DNA of 64,000 nucleotides from Candidatus Doudnabacteria bacterium RIFCSPHIGHO2_12_FULL_48_16 (GCA_001780035.1 MFEY01000007.1:331146-395145); one strand, 5' to 3'. Positions 35,671-44,065 are shown, counted from the first letter of the stretch. Made by a program: numbers and translations. The notes: a model not told the origin generated them from the sequence alone.

Positions 35671-36399
35671 TTATTCGATTGTTTTAGCCACTGGAGCCAC
35701 AGCCACGGGTTTCAAAAACTTTTTGTAAGTACCTTTGGTGTAAGCATACCAGGGTTGGAATCCGCGAGCCTTATATTTGAGCAAGGCAATGTCGAGGTTG
35801 AATTTGCAATCCCGCAATTGCTCAACGCTGTAAGGCGGGTGGTATTTGGGATTCCAGTTGATCTGAGCCAATCCGACGTCGAGCGAACCATTGCGGTTCA
35901 CGCCGCGGTTGTCGCGGGTACATTCATGGGTCCCATTTTCACCCTTTAGCACTGCGATAAAGATTTCACACTGGGCCAGACCCATCTTCGGACAGACATA
36001 AGCGCGGATTTCTGGCTCATGCATGTAAACTCGGTCATCGCCCAAAATCTTGGGCGGGAAGGAGTAAGAAGATTTGGTGACCGCAATTGTTTTCTTCGGT
36101 GCAATCACAACTGGAGCGGGCGCGGGATCAACGATCGGTTCCGGTTCAGCCACAGTTTCATCATTATCATTGTTATCAATGAAGTCAGAAATCTGTTGGA
36201 TGTTGGGAATTGTAATTGTTTGAAAGTTTTTTATTTCAAGGACTTGTCGTGTTTTGTTTTCCGCCTTCGCTAAAGCTATGGCGGACAAGTCAGTTGAGGC
36301 CATCGCTGCCTGGGGTAACAACAGGGTTGGCAGGATGGTTAGCAAACTGATCAAGATGATCCGGTTTGCTAAGGTCAACCGTTCAAAACGGCTAGTCAT
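35671..36399 (-). CDS. secreted lytic transglycosylase-like (SLT/lysozyme-like) protein
   Basis: 242 aa; signal anchor; C-terminal GENGTHECTRDNRGVNRNGSLDVGLAQINW resembles the SLT catalytic region. Confidence 0.6.
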   Translation of the reverse strand: MTSRFERLTLANRIILISLLTILPTLLLPQAAMASTDLSAIALAKAENKTRQVLEIKNFQTITIPNIQQISDFIDNNDNDETVAEPEPIVDPAPAPVVIAPKKTIAVTKSSYSFPPKILGDDRVYMHEPEIRAYVCPKMGLAQCEIFIAVLKGENGTHECTRDNRGVNRNGSLDVGLAQINWNPKYHPPYSVEQLRDCKFNLDIALLKYKARGFQPWYAYTKGTYKKFLKPVAVAPVAKTIE

Positions 36400-36605
36400 G
36401 AAATATGTCCTTGCCGATTATGAACCTGGAACCTGAGACCGCCGGCCGAGGTTGAAATTCGGCCAGACTCCATTCAAGGAAGATCAGGTAAGGACCATAA
36501 AACGGTTTGGTTGAGACCTTATAAAAGAGCTTTGATTGCGTGGTAACATAGGGGTTCCTATGTTGCCTGCCCCCGCCTGGCACAAGGCCAGGACGGGGTA
36601 CGCAA
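36400..36605 (-). promoter_or_regulatory. long structured 5' leader (about 205 nt) of the lytic transglycosylase gene
   Basis: at least three stable hairpins (36571-98, 36545-64, 36444-64) between the predicted TSS and the ATG. Confidence 0.45.
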
Positions 36606-36611
36606 CTATCA

Positions 36612-36640
36612 ATATTAGCATAAAACCGGGGTTTTGTCAA
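36612..36640 (-). promoter_or_regulatory. sigma70-type promoter (minus strand)
   Basis: TTGACA (36640-35), 17-nt spacer, TAATAT (36617-12). Confidence 0.55.
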
Positions 36641-36664
36641 GGGTTAAGTCAAAGTGTGCTAGAA

Positions 36665-36693
36665 TTGACCTAGAGGCGATTTTGGCCTATAAT
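36665..36693 (+). promoter_or_regulatory. sigma70-type promoter of the four-tRNA cluster
   Basis: TTGACC (36665-70), 17-nt spacer, TATAAT (36688-93), 17 nt before tRNA-Leu. Confidence 0.65.
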
Positions 36694-36710
36694 TGATAGG
36701 ATTTTTGTTG

Positions 36711-36796
36711 GCGCGGGTGGCGAAATGGCAGACGCACTACCTTGAGGTGGTAGCGCCCGCAAGGGCATGGAGGTTCGACTCCTCTCCCGCGCACCA
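36711..36796 (+). tRNA. tRNA-Leu (GAG)
   Basis: hand fold: GCGCGGG/CCCGCGC acceptor, CTACC-TTGAGGT-GGTAG, long variable arm, CCA encoded. Confidence 0.88.
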
Positions 36797-36798
36797 GA

Positions 36799-36875
36799 GG
36801 ACGCTTAGCTCAGTTGGTTAGAGCGTCTCGTTTACACCGAGAAGGTCGAAGGTTCGAATCCTTCAGCGTCCACCA
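36799..36875 (+). tRNA. tRNA-Val (TAC)
   Basis: hand fold: GGACGCT/AGCGTCC acceptor, TCTCG-TTTACAC-CGAGA, GAAGG-TTCGAAT-CCTTC, CCA. Confidence 0.9.
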
Positions 36876-36903
36876 GAAAAATTGCTATAATAAGAATCCG
36901 CGA

Positions 36904-36978
36904 GCCTCGGTAGCTCAGTGGTAGAGCGCAGCCCTGAAGAGGCTGGCGTCGTCAGTTCGATTCTGACCCGAGGCACCA
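36904..36978 (+). tRNA. tRNA-Phe (GAA)
   Basis: hand fold: GCCTCGG/CCGAGGC acceptor, CAGCC-CTGAAGA-GGCTG, GTCAG-TTCGATT-CTGAC, CCA. Confidence 0.9.
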
Positions 36979-36987
36979 AAATAACGA

Positions 36988-37061
36988 GCAGGTATGGTTT
37001 AATGGTAGAACGCTTCCTTGCCAAGGAAGGGGTGGGGGTTCGATTCCCCCTACCTGCTCCA
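36988..37061 (+). tRNA. tRNA-Gly (GCC)
   Basis: hand fold: GCAGGTA/TACCTGC acceptor, CTTCC-TTGCCAA-GGAAG, GGGGG-TTCGATT-CCCCC, CCA. Confidence 0.88.
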
Positions 37062-37063
37062 AG

Positions 37064-37095
37064 AAAACACCCGATTATTCGGGTGTTTTCTTTTG
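37064..37095 (+). terminator. intrinsic terminator of the tRNA cluster
   Basis: ACACCCG-ATTATT-CGGGTGT followed by TTTTCTTTT. Confidence 0.8.
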
Positions 37096-37159
37096 AAAAG
37101 ATAAATTTAAGGTTACCGGAACGTGGAATAGAATTCTAAATGCAGCAAAAGCTTAAGCT

Positions 37160-37519
37160 CTAGTGTCTATAGTTGGAGTAAATAAGACTAACAATTTTGA
37201 CCAAGTTAATTGCAATTAACCCTGCAAGCAACCAGTAGTCTAAAGCGTGATTAAACAACTGCACCAACACGCCGATTGATAGAATAACGGTTCCAGCGAT
37301 TAATGCTAACCGGTTGGATGTATATCTGTGCTGCATATCTCTTTCATCTATGATCTTACCTTCACCAACCAAAGATATAGCGACCACATAAACCCCTAAT
37401 AATAATGAAACCGAAATTATTTGCTCCATGCTCATTGAATCAGGGGTTCCTTGCACCAAAAATCCTGTAAGTAAAGCTATTAAAATTAACAGTACCAGGT
37501 AATATATAATAATCTTCAT
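37160..37519 (-). CDS. small polytopic membrane protein (DUF2178-like)
   Basis: 119 aa, 4 TM; usual partner of YozG-type XRE regulators. Confidence 0.5.
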   Translation of the reverse strand: MKIIIYYLVLLILIALLTGFLVQGTPDSMSMEQIISVSLLLGVYVVAISLVGEGKIIDERDMQHRYTSNRLALIAGTVILSIGVLVQLFNHALDYWLLAGLIAINLVKIVSLIYSNYRH

Positions 37520-37523
37520 ATAG

Positions 37524-37721
37524 TTATTTTACGCTAAAAAGTTTTTCTACGGAAACATCAAAAAAACTAGCAAGATTTATAGCCAGTAAAAGCGATGGGG
37601 TATAGTTGCCTTTTTCAATGGCGACTATCGTTTGTCTCGATACTCCCACGGCTTCTGACAATTGCTCTTGGGTCACGTTTTTTTTGATTCTTAATTCTTT
37701 AATATTGTTTTGAATTGTCAT
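37524..37721 (-). CDS. XRE-family helix-turn-helix regulator (YozG-like)
   Basis: 65 aa; IKELRIKKNVTQEQLSEAVGVSRQTIVAIEKGNYTPS HTH_3 pattern. Confidence 0.85.
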   Translation of the reverse strand: MTIQNNIKELRIKKNVTQEQLSEAVGVSRQTIVAIEKGNYTPSLLLAINLASFFDVSVEKLFSVK

Positions 37722-37726
37722 TAATA

Positions 37727-38767
37727 TTATCCGAAGGTGAAGGTAAAGGCTTCAAAACCAGCCCCTTCAATTTGCAACTCTAAAATCCGCTGTTTGGAAT
37801 CCGTACCTTCAACAAGAGTATAAAGGCTGGAATCTTGAATCTTTGTTGTTTTAATTAGCTTGCCATCAATTAATACTTTAACGTTAATTTCACTATCGCC
37901 CTTGGCTACTATATGAACATCTTTGGAATAAAAATTAAGCCTGATTTTGCCCGAAGTGCCGACAAGTTTGACGCCTTCATCATTAAATGACCACTGGCCT
38001 TCCAGAGCAAAATTATTCAAAGGAAGCTCAGAAGGAAAATTATATTGTTGATTCGCTTCTGATGGTTTCTGGTTTTTTGAAAGCAGCTCCAGACGCTTTA
38101 ATCCAAAATATATTTCGGGAGTCTCAACCACTTTCTGGATATTTTCTTCCGCCATCTCATTTTCATCACCAAGTCCAATCAGCTGCTGAATGGCTTGTTC
38201 GGTTTCTTGATATTTTCCTTCGCCAAAATGGGTATAAACAATCTTTCCAGATTGATCTATCAAATAATGTGCTGGCCAGTAGCGATTGCTATAGGCTTGC
38301 CAAGTGCCATAGTCATTATCTTGGGCTACAGGATAATTTATCCCATGTCTTTTCAAAGCGGTTTGAACGTTTGATGTGTCTTTTTCAAACGCAAATTCCG
38401 GCGTATGGACGCCGACGACCACAAAACCTTTGTCTTTATATTTCTCATACCATCCTGTGACATAAGGCAGCGTCCTGATACAGTTGATGCATGAGTATGT
38501 CCAAAAATCGATCAACACAACTTTGCCGCGTAATTGCTGCATGGTTAATGGATCTGAACCTGCCTGACCGGCAGGCAGGTTAAGCCAATTTGCAATACCG
38601 GTAAATTCGGGCGCTACGCCATAATTTTCTAATTTAACATCATCCATGGAATCATTTTTAAATAAGGACAAGCTAGTATCAGACCCATCTTTGGTTCTAT
38701 CCAGATAAAATCCGCCAACAACTAGAAAAATTGCGACTATTAAAATGTAGAGATAAGTTTTTTTCAT
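37727..38767 (-). CDS. membrane-anchored thioredoxin-like redoxin (DipZ C-terminal-like)
   Basis: 346 aa; VVLIDFWTYSCINCIRTLP CxxC motif, followed by a beta-rich C-terminal domain. Confidence 0.75.
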   Translation of the reverse strand: MKKTYLYILIVAIFLVVGGFYLDRTKDGSDTSLSLFKNDSMDDVKLENYGVAPEFTGIANWLNLPAGQAGSDPLTMQQLRGKVVLIDFWTYSCINCIRTLPYVTGWYEKYKDKGFVVVGVHTPEFAFEKDTSNVQTALKRHGINYPVAQDNDYGTWQAYSNRYWPAHYLIDQSGKIVYTHFGEGKYQETEQAIQQLIGLGDENEMAEENIQKVVETPEIYFGLKRLELLSKNQKPSEANQQYNFPSELPLNNFALEGQWSFNDEGVKLVGTSGKIRLNFYSKDVHIVAKGDSEINVKVLIDGKLIKTTKIQDSSLYTLVEGTDSKQRILELQIEGAGFEAFTFTFG

Positions 38768-38769
38768 GT

Positions 38770-39471
38770 CTAGAACTTTGGGTTTAATGCCGGGATAAAT
38801 TCCAAAAGTTTGGCTTGGAGCAAGGTATCATATTGAAAATATATGGCTACAGCCAGAAGTAAAATAATAATACCGAATACCTGCTGTAATCTGTGGGCAT
38901 AGGGTGCAATACCTTTGACTTTAGTAGTCAACGCTTGGCCGCCATAGGCAATGGCCAGCATTGGAAGCCCTGCCCCTACCGCATAGGCAATAAGTAATAT
39001 TCCGGCTCTGGTTATATCCTGCTGCTGTGCGACTAAAGTTAAAATTGAACCAAGAATTGGGCCAGCGCAAGGAGCCCAGACAATTCCAATCACCACTCCG
39101 ATTATGAACCCTCCCAAATTTCCCTTGCCCGCACTTCGGCCGGTTTGACTGGCTTTGTTAATCAACCCAGACAAGTGCATTGTCATCCTCTCAAATGGAG
39201 TCGGCCAGATCATGAACAAGGCAAAAATTGCCAGGACAATAGCCGCGCTATTTCTTAAGGCATTTGGGGACAACCCCAAATTTTGGATTATGAAGTTAAG
39301 GGTCAATCCTAGAACCGCAAAGGTCAGAACAAATCCTAATGTTATAAATATCGGTCGGGTTTTGCTTTGCTGGCCTACGGAACTGCCTAAAATAATCGGC
39401 AACGGCAAAAGAATACAAGGAGCGGCAATAGTTAAAATTCCAGCTAAAATTGCAAGTAATACTTCAATCAT
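38770..39471 (-). CDS. ccdA: cytochrome c biogenesis/thiol-disulfide transporter CcdA (DsbD TM domain)
   Basis: 233 aa, 6 TM, conserved Cys in TM1 (AAPCILLPLP) and TM4 (WAPCAGP). Confidence 0.85.
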   Translation of the reverse strand: MIEVLLAILAGILTIAAPCILLPLPIILGSSVGQQSKTRPIFITLGFVLTFAVLGLTLNFIIQNLGLSPNALRNSAAIVLAIFALFMIWPTPFERMTMHLSGLINKASQTGRSAGKGNLGGFIIGVVIGIVWAPCAGPILGSILTLVAQQQDITRAGILLIAYAVGAGLPMLAIAYGGQALTTKVKGIAPYAHRLQQVFGIIILLLAVAIYFQYDTLLQAKLLEFIPALNPKF

Positions 39472-39472
39472 T

Positions 39473-39991
39473 TTATTTTAAATATTTCTTGAGATTATCT
39501 ATGTCGCCACCATTCCATTTGCTGACTTGATTTTCATTATTGTCGATCTGAACGAAAGTGTGCTGATAAGTAACTCCATATTTTTGTTTCAATTCTGTAT
39601 TGGAATCATAATTGGTTTTAAGTACAGTTACACCAGCTGGAATTTCATTGGCGCGGGATATAAATTCAGCATTAGCGGCTTTGCAGAAAGGACACCATGG
39701 AGCGTGGAAAAACAACACGACCTTGTTTCCAGCTTTCTGTTCAGCCTCAACCGTAGCAATAGAATAATCCTTATACGATCCAGCTTTTTGCATCATAGTA
39801 TCGGAATCATCCATCATTTTATCATCTTTCATGATACTCTCGTCAGATTTATCCTCCATCATTGCGTTTTCAGATTTATTATTATTTTGAACTAAAGCCC
39901 AAACTAGCCCAACGCCGATCAATAGAATCACAACAATTGATATTACCAAGGTTTGTGAAAATCCTTTTTGTTTATTCATAAAATTGGACAT
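39473..39991 (-). CDS. membrane-anchored thioredoxin
   Basis: 172 aa; N-terminal TM; VVLFFHAPWCPFCKA active site. Confidence 0.8.
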   Translation of the reverse strand: MSNFMNKQKGFSQTLVISIVVILLIGVGLVWALVQNNNKSENAMMEDKSDESIMKDDKMMDDSDTMMQKAGSYKDYSIATVEAEQKAGNKVVLFFHAPWCPFCKAANAEFISRANEIPAGVTVLKTNYDSNTELKQKYGVTYQHTFVQIDNNENQVSKWNGGDIDNLKKYLK

Positions 39992-40028
39992 TACTTATAT
40001 ATTTTTTAGTTTACGCTTATAACAAATT

Positions 40029-40048
40029 AATGTCAAGTTGACTTGACA
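40029..40048. promoter_or_regulatory. palindrome upstream of the thioredoxin/CcdA operon (candidate operator)
   Basis: ATGTCAAGT-TG-ACTTGACAT, 9-bp arms, about 40 nt upstream of the 39991 start. Confidence 0.35.
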
Positions 40049-40113
40049 TTAAGCAAAAATATTAGAGTCAATATTTATAATTGCGACACGGTCGGGTTTT
40101 TTCTTAGAAGTAT

Positions 40114-40959
40114 TTAGAATTTACGATCGCGACCGACAATGATTTTGAGCGCCTGGGGCAGGACGGAAATCTGCGCCGGGGTGCGGGCTACGATTTTGCC
40201 GTCCACCCGCAGGGGTAGGCCGGCCGGCGTCGTGATTTCCATTTGCCGCACATGGATCAGGGAGCTGCCGGGGATGGCTTCAAAACGGCCGGTGAGAATT
40301 TCGCGACGGTAGCGGAAGGTGCGAAATCGGTTTAGCTTTGGCAACAGCACGACATCGAGCACGCCGTCGGTCGGATTGAACATTTGGGACGATTCCGAGC
40401 CAGTGGCCCGGCTGTTGACCACAATCCCGCCCACGGCGCTGAGCGTGGCGCTAAAGTCATTGTTGTCCGCCGTGAATTTAATCTGAAACGTGGGCATGCC
40501 GAATAAATTTTTCAGGGTTTTGTAGCCCAATCCGCTCAACGGTCCGGCCGGTAGCGCGCCAAAGGTCAGGTTCGACAAAAAAAAGTTACTGTTCACTTGC
40601 GCCAGATCCAGTTCCGCCACGCGGCGCAGGCCGATGGTTTTGGCCGAGTGCTCGATATCGCCCAGCCCCAATATTTCCCCCAGCTCGGTGCGCAGGAGCG
40701 GGATAAAGCCGATAATCACCTCTCGGCCTTTGACCGCGTTGATAACTTCGTGCAAAGTTTCATCCGTGCCGACCGCGACCAGGGTTTTGACCCCGCGCGC
40801 AAGCGCCGTTTCGACCAGCTGGTTGATGGTGCGCAGGCCGGTGACCCGGGCGGTTTCGCCGCTGATCCGATACTCAGACACAGACGAGTACAAAATATTT
40901 TGTACTTGGTCGAAATGCCGTTGTGAAATTTTTTGGGGATCGACGATGTAGTAATACAT
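40114..40959 (-). CDS. diacylglycerol/lipid kinase family protein (YegS-like)
   Basis: 281 aa; LVAVGTDETLHEVINAV is a degenerate GGDGT motif region. Confidence 0.55.
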   Translation of the reverse strand: MYYYIVDPQKISQRHFDQVQNILYSSVSEYRISGETARVTGLRTINQLVETALARGVKTLVAVGTDETLHEVINAVKGREVIIGFIPLLRTELGEILGLGDIEHSAKTIGLRRVAELDLAQVNSNFFLSNLTFGALPAGPLSGLGYKTLKNLFGMPTFQIKFTADNNDFSATLSAVGGIVVNSRATGSESSQMFNPTDGVLDVVLLPKLNRFRTFRYRREILTGRFEAIPGSSLIHVRQMEITTPAGLPLRVDGKIVARTPAQISVLPQALKIIVGRDRKF

Positions 40960-41027
40960 GGGGAGGAAGAACGAATAATGAATTAGGAATTAGGGGAAAC
41001 GCGGCCGTAATTCATAATTCTTAATTC

Positions 41028-41393
41028 CTAATTCGACTCGGAAGCGTTTATCGGGCTCTTGGGTTCGGCCATCTTACAGGCGCCGGAAAAGTAAGCGCCT
41101 TCGCGTATGCCTAAGGAAGCGCAGCTGACATTGCCGACAATTTTGCCGGTTTCCAAAATTACCAGCGCGCCTTTGACCATGACGTTGCCTTTGACTGCGC
41201 CAGCCACGGTGGCATTGCCCGCAATCAAATCGGCATCAATCTGGGCGTTGGGGCCGATGATCAGATCCTGCGCGGTCTGGACTTTGCCGTTGACGATCCC
41301 GTCGATTTTGATATTGCCGGCGCTTTTGAGTTCCCCCTCGATCCGCATGGAGGAGGAAACAATGGTCTCGGCGAATTCTTGTATCTTGGCCAT
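41028..41393 (-). CDS. bactofilin (polymer-forming cytoskeletal protein)
   Basis: 121 aa; repetitive beta-helix pattern IEGELKSAGNIKIDGIVNGKV... Confidence 0.85.
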   Translation of the reverse strand: MAKIQEFAETIVSSSMRIEGELKSAGNIKIDGIVNGKVQTAQDLIIGPNAQIDADLIAGNATVAGAVKGNVMVKGALVILETGKIVGNVSCASLGIREGAYFSGACKMAEPKSPINASESN

Positions 41394-41428
41394 TTTAATT
41401 TATAATTTATAATCTAAAATTTATAATT

Positions 41429-41893
41429 CTATTTGGCGTCCTTTATTGCCTGCATTTCTTCTTCCGTCAGCTGGGTTTCGCTGCGGCCGGCCTTAACGGC
41501 CTTGGCATAAACGCGCGTCCCGTCCCGCCCATGGAGCGAGGACATGACAACGCCTTCATCCTTGGCATTCAGGAGCGCGAGCGTAAAACTGATATTGCCA
41601 CCGGCATCGTCAAACGGGTTGAATCGTACAAAGCCGACTTTCTGGATGTTATTCCGGTTACCGGTAAAAATTGTATCCAGGCTTTCGTCAATCTCTTTGA
41701 TTTGCTGGGTAATTTTGCTGATTGAGCGGTTCTGATCGATCAGGATTTGTTCCAGATCTTTTTTGAGGCCGGAAGAGAAAAATTCCCGCCGCATCCGATC
41801 CAGCCGGTGGAGCTTTAACGCCTGCCAAAAGACGATAATCAAAAGAGCTACGCTTAAAATAGTGCTGATTAAAGCTAAATATTGAGAATCCAT
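41429..41893 (-). CDS. DUF4446 family protein
   Basis: N-terminal TM, FVRFNPFDDAGGNISFTLALLN motif; start moved to M5 because the tracked start overlaps the tRNA. Confidence 0.65.
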   Translation of the reverse strand: MDSQYLALISTILSVALLIIVFWQALKLHRLDRMRREFFSSGLKKDLEQILIDQNRSISKITQQIKEIDESLDTIFTGNRNNIQKVGFVRFNPFDDAGGNISFTLALLNAKDEGVVMSSLHGRDGTRVYAKAVKAGRSETQLTEEEMQAIKDAK

Positions 41894-41904
41894 AAAAATT
41901 TCCA

Positions 41905-41978
41905 TGGTGGACCCGGGGAGAATCGAACTCCCGCCTCAGCAATGCGAATGCCGCGTAATACCACTTTACTACGGGCCC
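41905..41978 (-). tRNA. tRNA-Ala (CGC)
   Basis: hand fold of minus strand: GGGCCCG acceptor with G3:U70, CGGCA-TTCGCAT-TGCTG, GGGAG-TTCGATT-CTCCC, A73 CCA. Confidence 0.82.
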
Positions 41979-41988
41979 ACGTCAACCT

Positions 41989-42171
41989 TTAAAATTTCAG
42001 TAGGTGAGCAAAGAAGGCATCAACCTGGCCCGTAGCGTGGTTGAAAAAATATAGTCCAATCAATGCGGCGAAAAAAACGACATTGAGTGTGACCACAAAA
42101 ATCAAATCTCGGCGGACTTGGGCGGTTTCTTCTTGCTCGTTGCGGATTAAAACAGGGTTATTTTTTATCAT
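41989..42171 (-). CDS. small membrane protein
   Basis: 60 aa with one TM (LIFVVTLNVVFFAALIGLYFF). Confidence 0.4.
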   Translation of the reverse strand: MIKNNPVLIRNEQEETAQVRRDLIFVVTLNVVFFAALIGLYFFNHATGQVDAFFAHLLKF

Positions 42172-42204
42172 AAGTAGCTTGATTATAAAGATAAATTGGT
42201 TTTT

Positions 42205-42432
42205 TTACAAACCGTTGATGGTTTCGTCGATCCGGGTTTGCACGCGCCGCAGCTCGTCGCGGATAAAGCCGCGCTCTTCCCGTTCGTAAATGTTGTCGGC
42301 GGGCACCCGCTCATAGTAGCGGTTAATGATGGCTCTAATTTCGTTGTAGACATCCGAGCGCAGCGTTTCCAGCCGGCCCATGGTTTCATAATGTCGGTCT
42401 TTGGCTTGTTGCTGTTCTTGTTCATCGGCCAT
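42205..42432 (-). CDS. hypothetical small charged helical protein
   Basis: 75 aa; downstream of TrmB-like paralog 4, 10-nt gap. Confidence 0.45.
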   Translation of the reverse strand: MADEQEQQQAKDRHYETMGRLETLRSDVYNEIRAIINRYYERVPADNIYEREERGFIRDELRRVQTRIDETINGL

Positions 42433-42442
42433 ATATTTTGGA

Positions 42443-43192
42443 TTAATTCACTCTTTTCCCTATTTTACCAACTTCCCAGGTAATCTCAAAGAAATTATTT
42501 AAAGTCTGAAACAAATCTTCGGATTCGATAATGATGCCGAAGTTTTCTTTTTTCGTGCCAATGATCGAAACCTTGCGATCATACAAATAAATGGTCATGG
42601 GGAAAATCATTTTTTGCGGCGCGTAGCGCAACTCGCGGAACTCTTTTTGGCTGCTCGGCCAGGTTTCTTCCACCTCTTTGATCTCGGAGCGGATGACCCG
42701 CAGCTTGATCTGGGCCGCAATCCGCTTGGCAACGTATTCGTCCATAAATTGTTTCCCGGGGGTTTTGTATAAGTCCTCCATGGATAGAATGCCGCGTAGC
42801 GTTTTGTTGTTCACGGTCAGAGTGTCTTTGAAAACTTCTTTCATACCCTCGACGCCCTCATAAAATTTAATCCGGGGCCGAAAACCGGCCGAATTAAACA
42901 ACAACTTTAGTTCGGGCAACGCCTCGTCGAGCTTGTGTTCCTGCTCTTTAAGCAACAATTTGAGCTGGATGGGGGGTTCGGCCTCGAAGATCAAGGTCCG
43001 GCCGCGTTGGATTTTCCGGATCAATCCCCGATGGGCCAAGTGTTCCAAGATTTCATTGGCCGTGGTGCGCGGAACCCCGGCTTTATCCGCAATGGTCCGA
43101 ACTTTGGCGCGGCCCAATTCCAAGGCCGCCAGATAAACCTCGGCTTTGGTTTTATGGATTCCTAATTCCCCCAGAACCAGTTTAATATCCAT
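42443..43192 (-). CDS. TrmB-like winged-helix transcriptional regulator (paralog 4)
   Basis: KTKAEVYLAALELGRAKVRTIADKAGVPRTTANEILEHLAHRGL wHTH; C-terminal FFEITWEV. Confidence 0.72.
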   Translation of the reverse strand: MDIKLVLGELGIHKTKAEVYLAALELGRAKVRTIADKAGVPRTTANEILEHLAHRGLIRKIQRGRTLIFEAEPPIQLKLLLKEQEHKLDEALPELKLLFNSAGFRPRIKFYEGVEGMKEVFKDTLTVNNKTLRGILSMEDLYKTPGKQFMDEYVAKRIAAQIKLRVIRSEIKEVEETWPSSQKEFRELRYAPQKMIFPMTIYLYDRKVSIIGTKKENFGIIIESEDLFQTLNNFFEITWEVGKIGKRVN

Positions 43193-43356
43193 TTTGTCGG
43201 AAAATTACGACGACAATAATTAGTTAATTTTGGCTTAGCAAAAGCAAAATTTAAATCTAGATCAATGTGTATATACAACTATTATAGACCAAATATCCAA
43301 ATTCGTCTAAGCTTACCGGTCAACCTTAATTTCGGGTTGATCAGCAGGAGGAAACA

Positions 43357-43551
43357 ATGAAAGCCAGATTTTTCTTCGTCAGATCCGCGACCAGGCCGGA
43401 TCGCCTCAACAAGTTCCTGGCCTCGGTCAAAGTCACCCAGGTTCTTCAGAGTTCGGCCGCGCATACCAATTTCAATTTGGCGTCCGCGGTAATTCCCAAC
43501 CCCTTGGACATGTTGACTCAGATCACGGTTCTTTACGAACCAAAGGAGTAG
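43357..43551 (+). CDS. hypothetical small protein (64 aa), first of three coupled ORFs
   Basis: SD AGGAGG 5 nt upstream of the ATG; no family recognised. Confidence 0.4.
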   Translation: MKARFFFVRSATRPDRLNKFLASVKVTQVLQSSAAHTNFNLASAVIPNPLDMLTQITVLYEPKE

Positions 43552-43553
43552 TT

Positions 43554-43682
43554 GTGCAGAACAAGCAAATTGCGGCGAGAGTGCGGCGTGAACTGCGGAT
43601 CTGGTGGCTGCAGCAGTCCATTGAGGACTTGTTGTCCGGCCGCCGCCCGGTCAGCTTCCAGAAGTTCCTGGGAGGTGCGTAA
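43554..43682 (+). CDS. hypothetical small basic protein (42 aa, GTG start)
   Basis: GGAG 5 nt before GTG 43554; hand translation VQNKQIAARVRRELRIWWLQQSIEDLLSGRRPVSFQKFLGGA; stop overlaps the next ATG (TAATG). Confidence 0.3.
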   Translation: MQNKQIAARVRRELRIWWLQQSIEDLLSGRRPVSFQKFLGGA

Positions 43683-44008
43683 TGGATCCCGGAATTACGC
43701 AGGCATTGCTCAGGCGGCATTTGCGCCTGAACGTTCCGCAGCAGCAGGTCAGCTATCACATCGAAGAGCAGATCCGAAATACTGCCGCTGACATTCCGGT
43801 GATGATTTTTACCGATGGCATCTTGATCCGTGTTGATAAGGCCGACCACCAGATCCGCGAAGCGAGGGTTTCGTTCCAGAGCCTGATTGAGGCCCTGGTG
43901 AAGGACGGCGCGGCGGTTAAGCAGCACGCCAAGTTTCACGGGATGGAGATCGACGAGATCTGCCACATCGTCATCGACGGCGAGGAGGTGCAGCTCTGGC
44001 TCACCTGA
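43682..44008 (+). CDS. hypothetical protein (108 aa), third coupled ORF
   Basis: ATG overlaps the upstream stop; followed by a 10-bp-stem terminator. Confidence 0.4.
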   Translation: MDPGITQALLRRHLRLNVPQQQVSYHIEEQIRNTAADIPVMIFTDGILIRVDKADHQIREARVSFQSLIEALVKDGAAVKQHAKFHGMEIDEICHIVIDGEEVQLWLT

Positions 44009-44020
44009 ACACAAAACTAA

Positions 44021-44062
44021 ACCGGCTGATAGCTTTGACGAACGTCATAGCAATCAGCCGGT
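44021..44062. terminator. terminator hairpin between convergent genes
   Basis: ACCGGCTGAT ... ATCAGCCGGT 10-bp stem with inner TGACG-AA-CGTCA, then a T-rich run. Confidence 0.65.
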
Positions 44063-44065
44063 CGT

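Noticed and set aside
36918-37139. 73-aa ORF over tRNA-Phe/tRNA-Gly; likewise 47302-47688 (-) over tRNA-Pro and 48481-48702 (+) over tRNA-Arg/Ala
   Set aside because: These are typical spurious translations of tRNA genes (for example GIEPG-type peptides). They have no SD, and the tRNAs explain the sequence.
43523-44014. 163-aa minus-strand ORF antisense to the three-ORF cassette
   Set aside because: It has a non-ATG start, no SD, and a low-complexity Leu/Asp/Arg-rich product with an implausible C-terminus. The plus strand has three SD-supported, translationally coupled frames and a downstream terminator.
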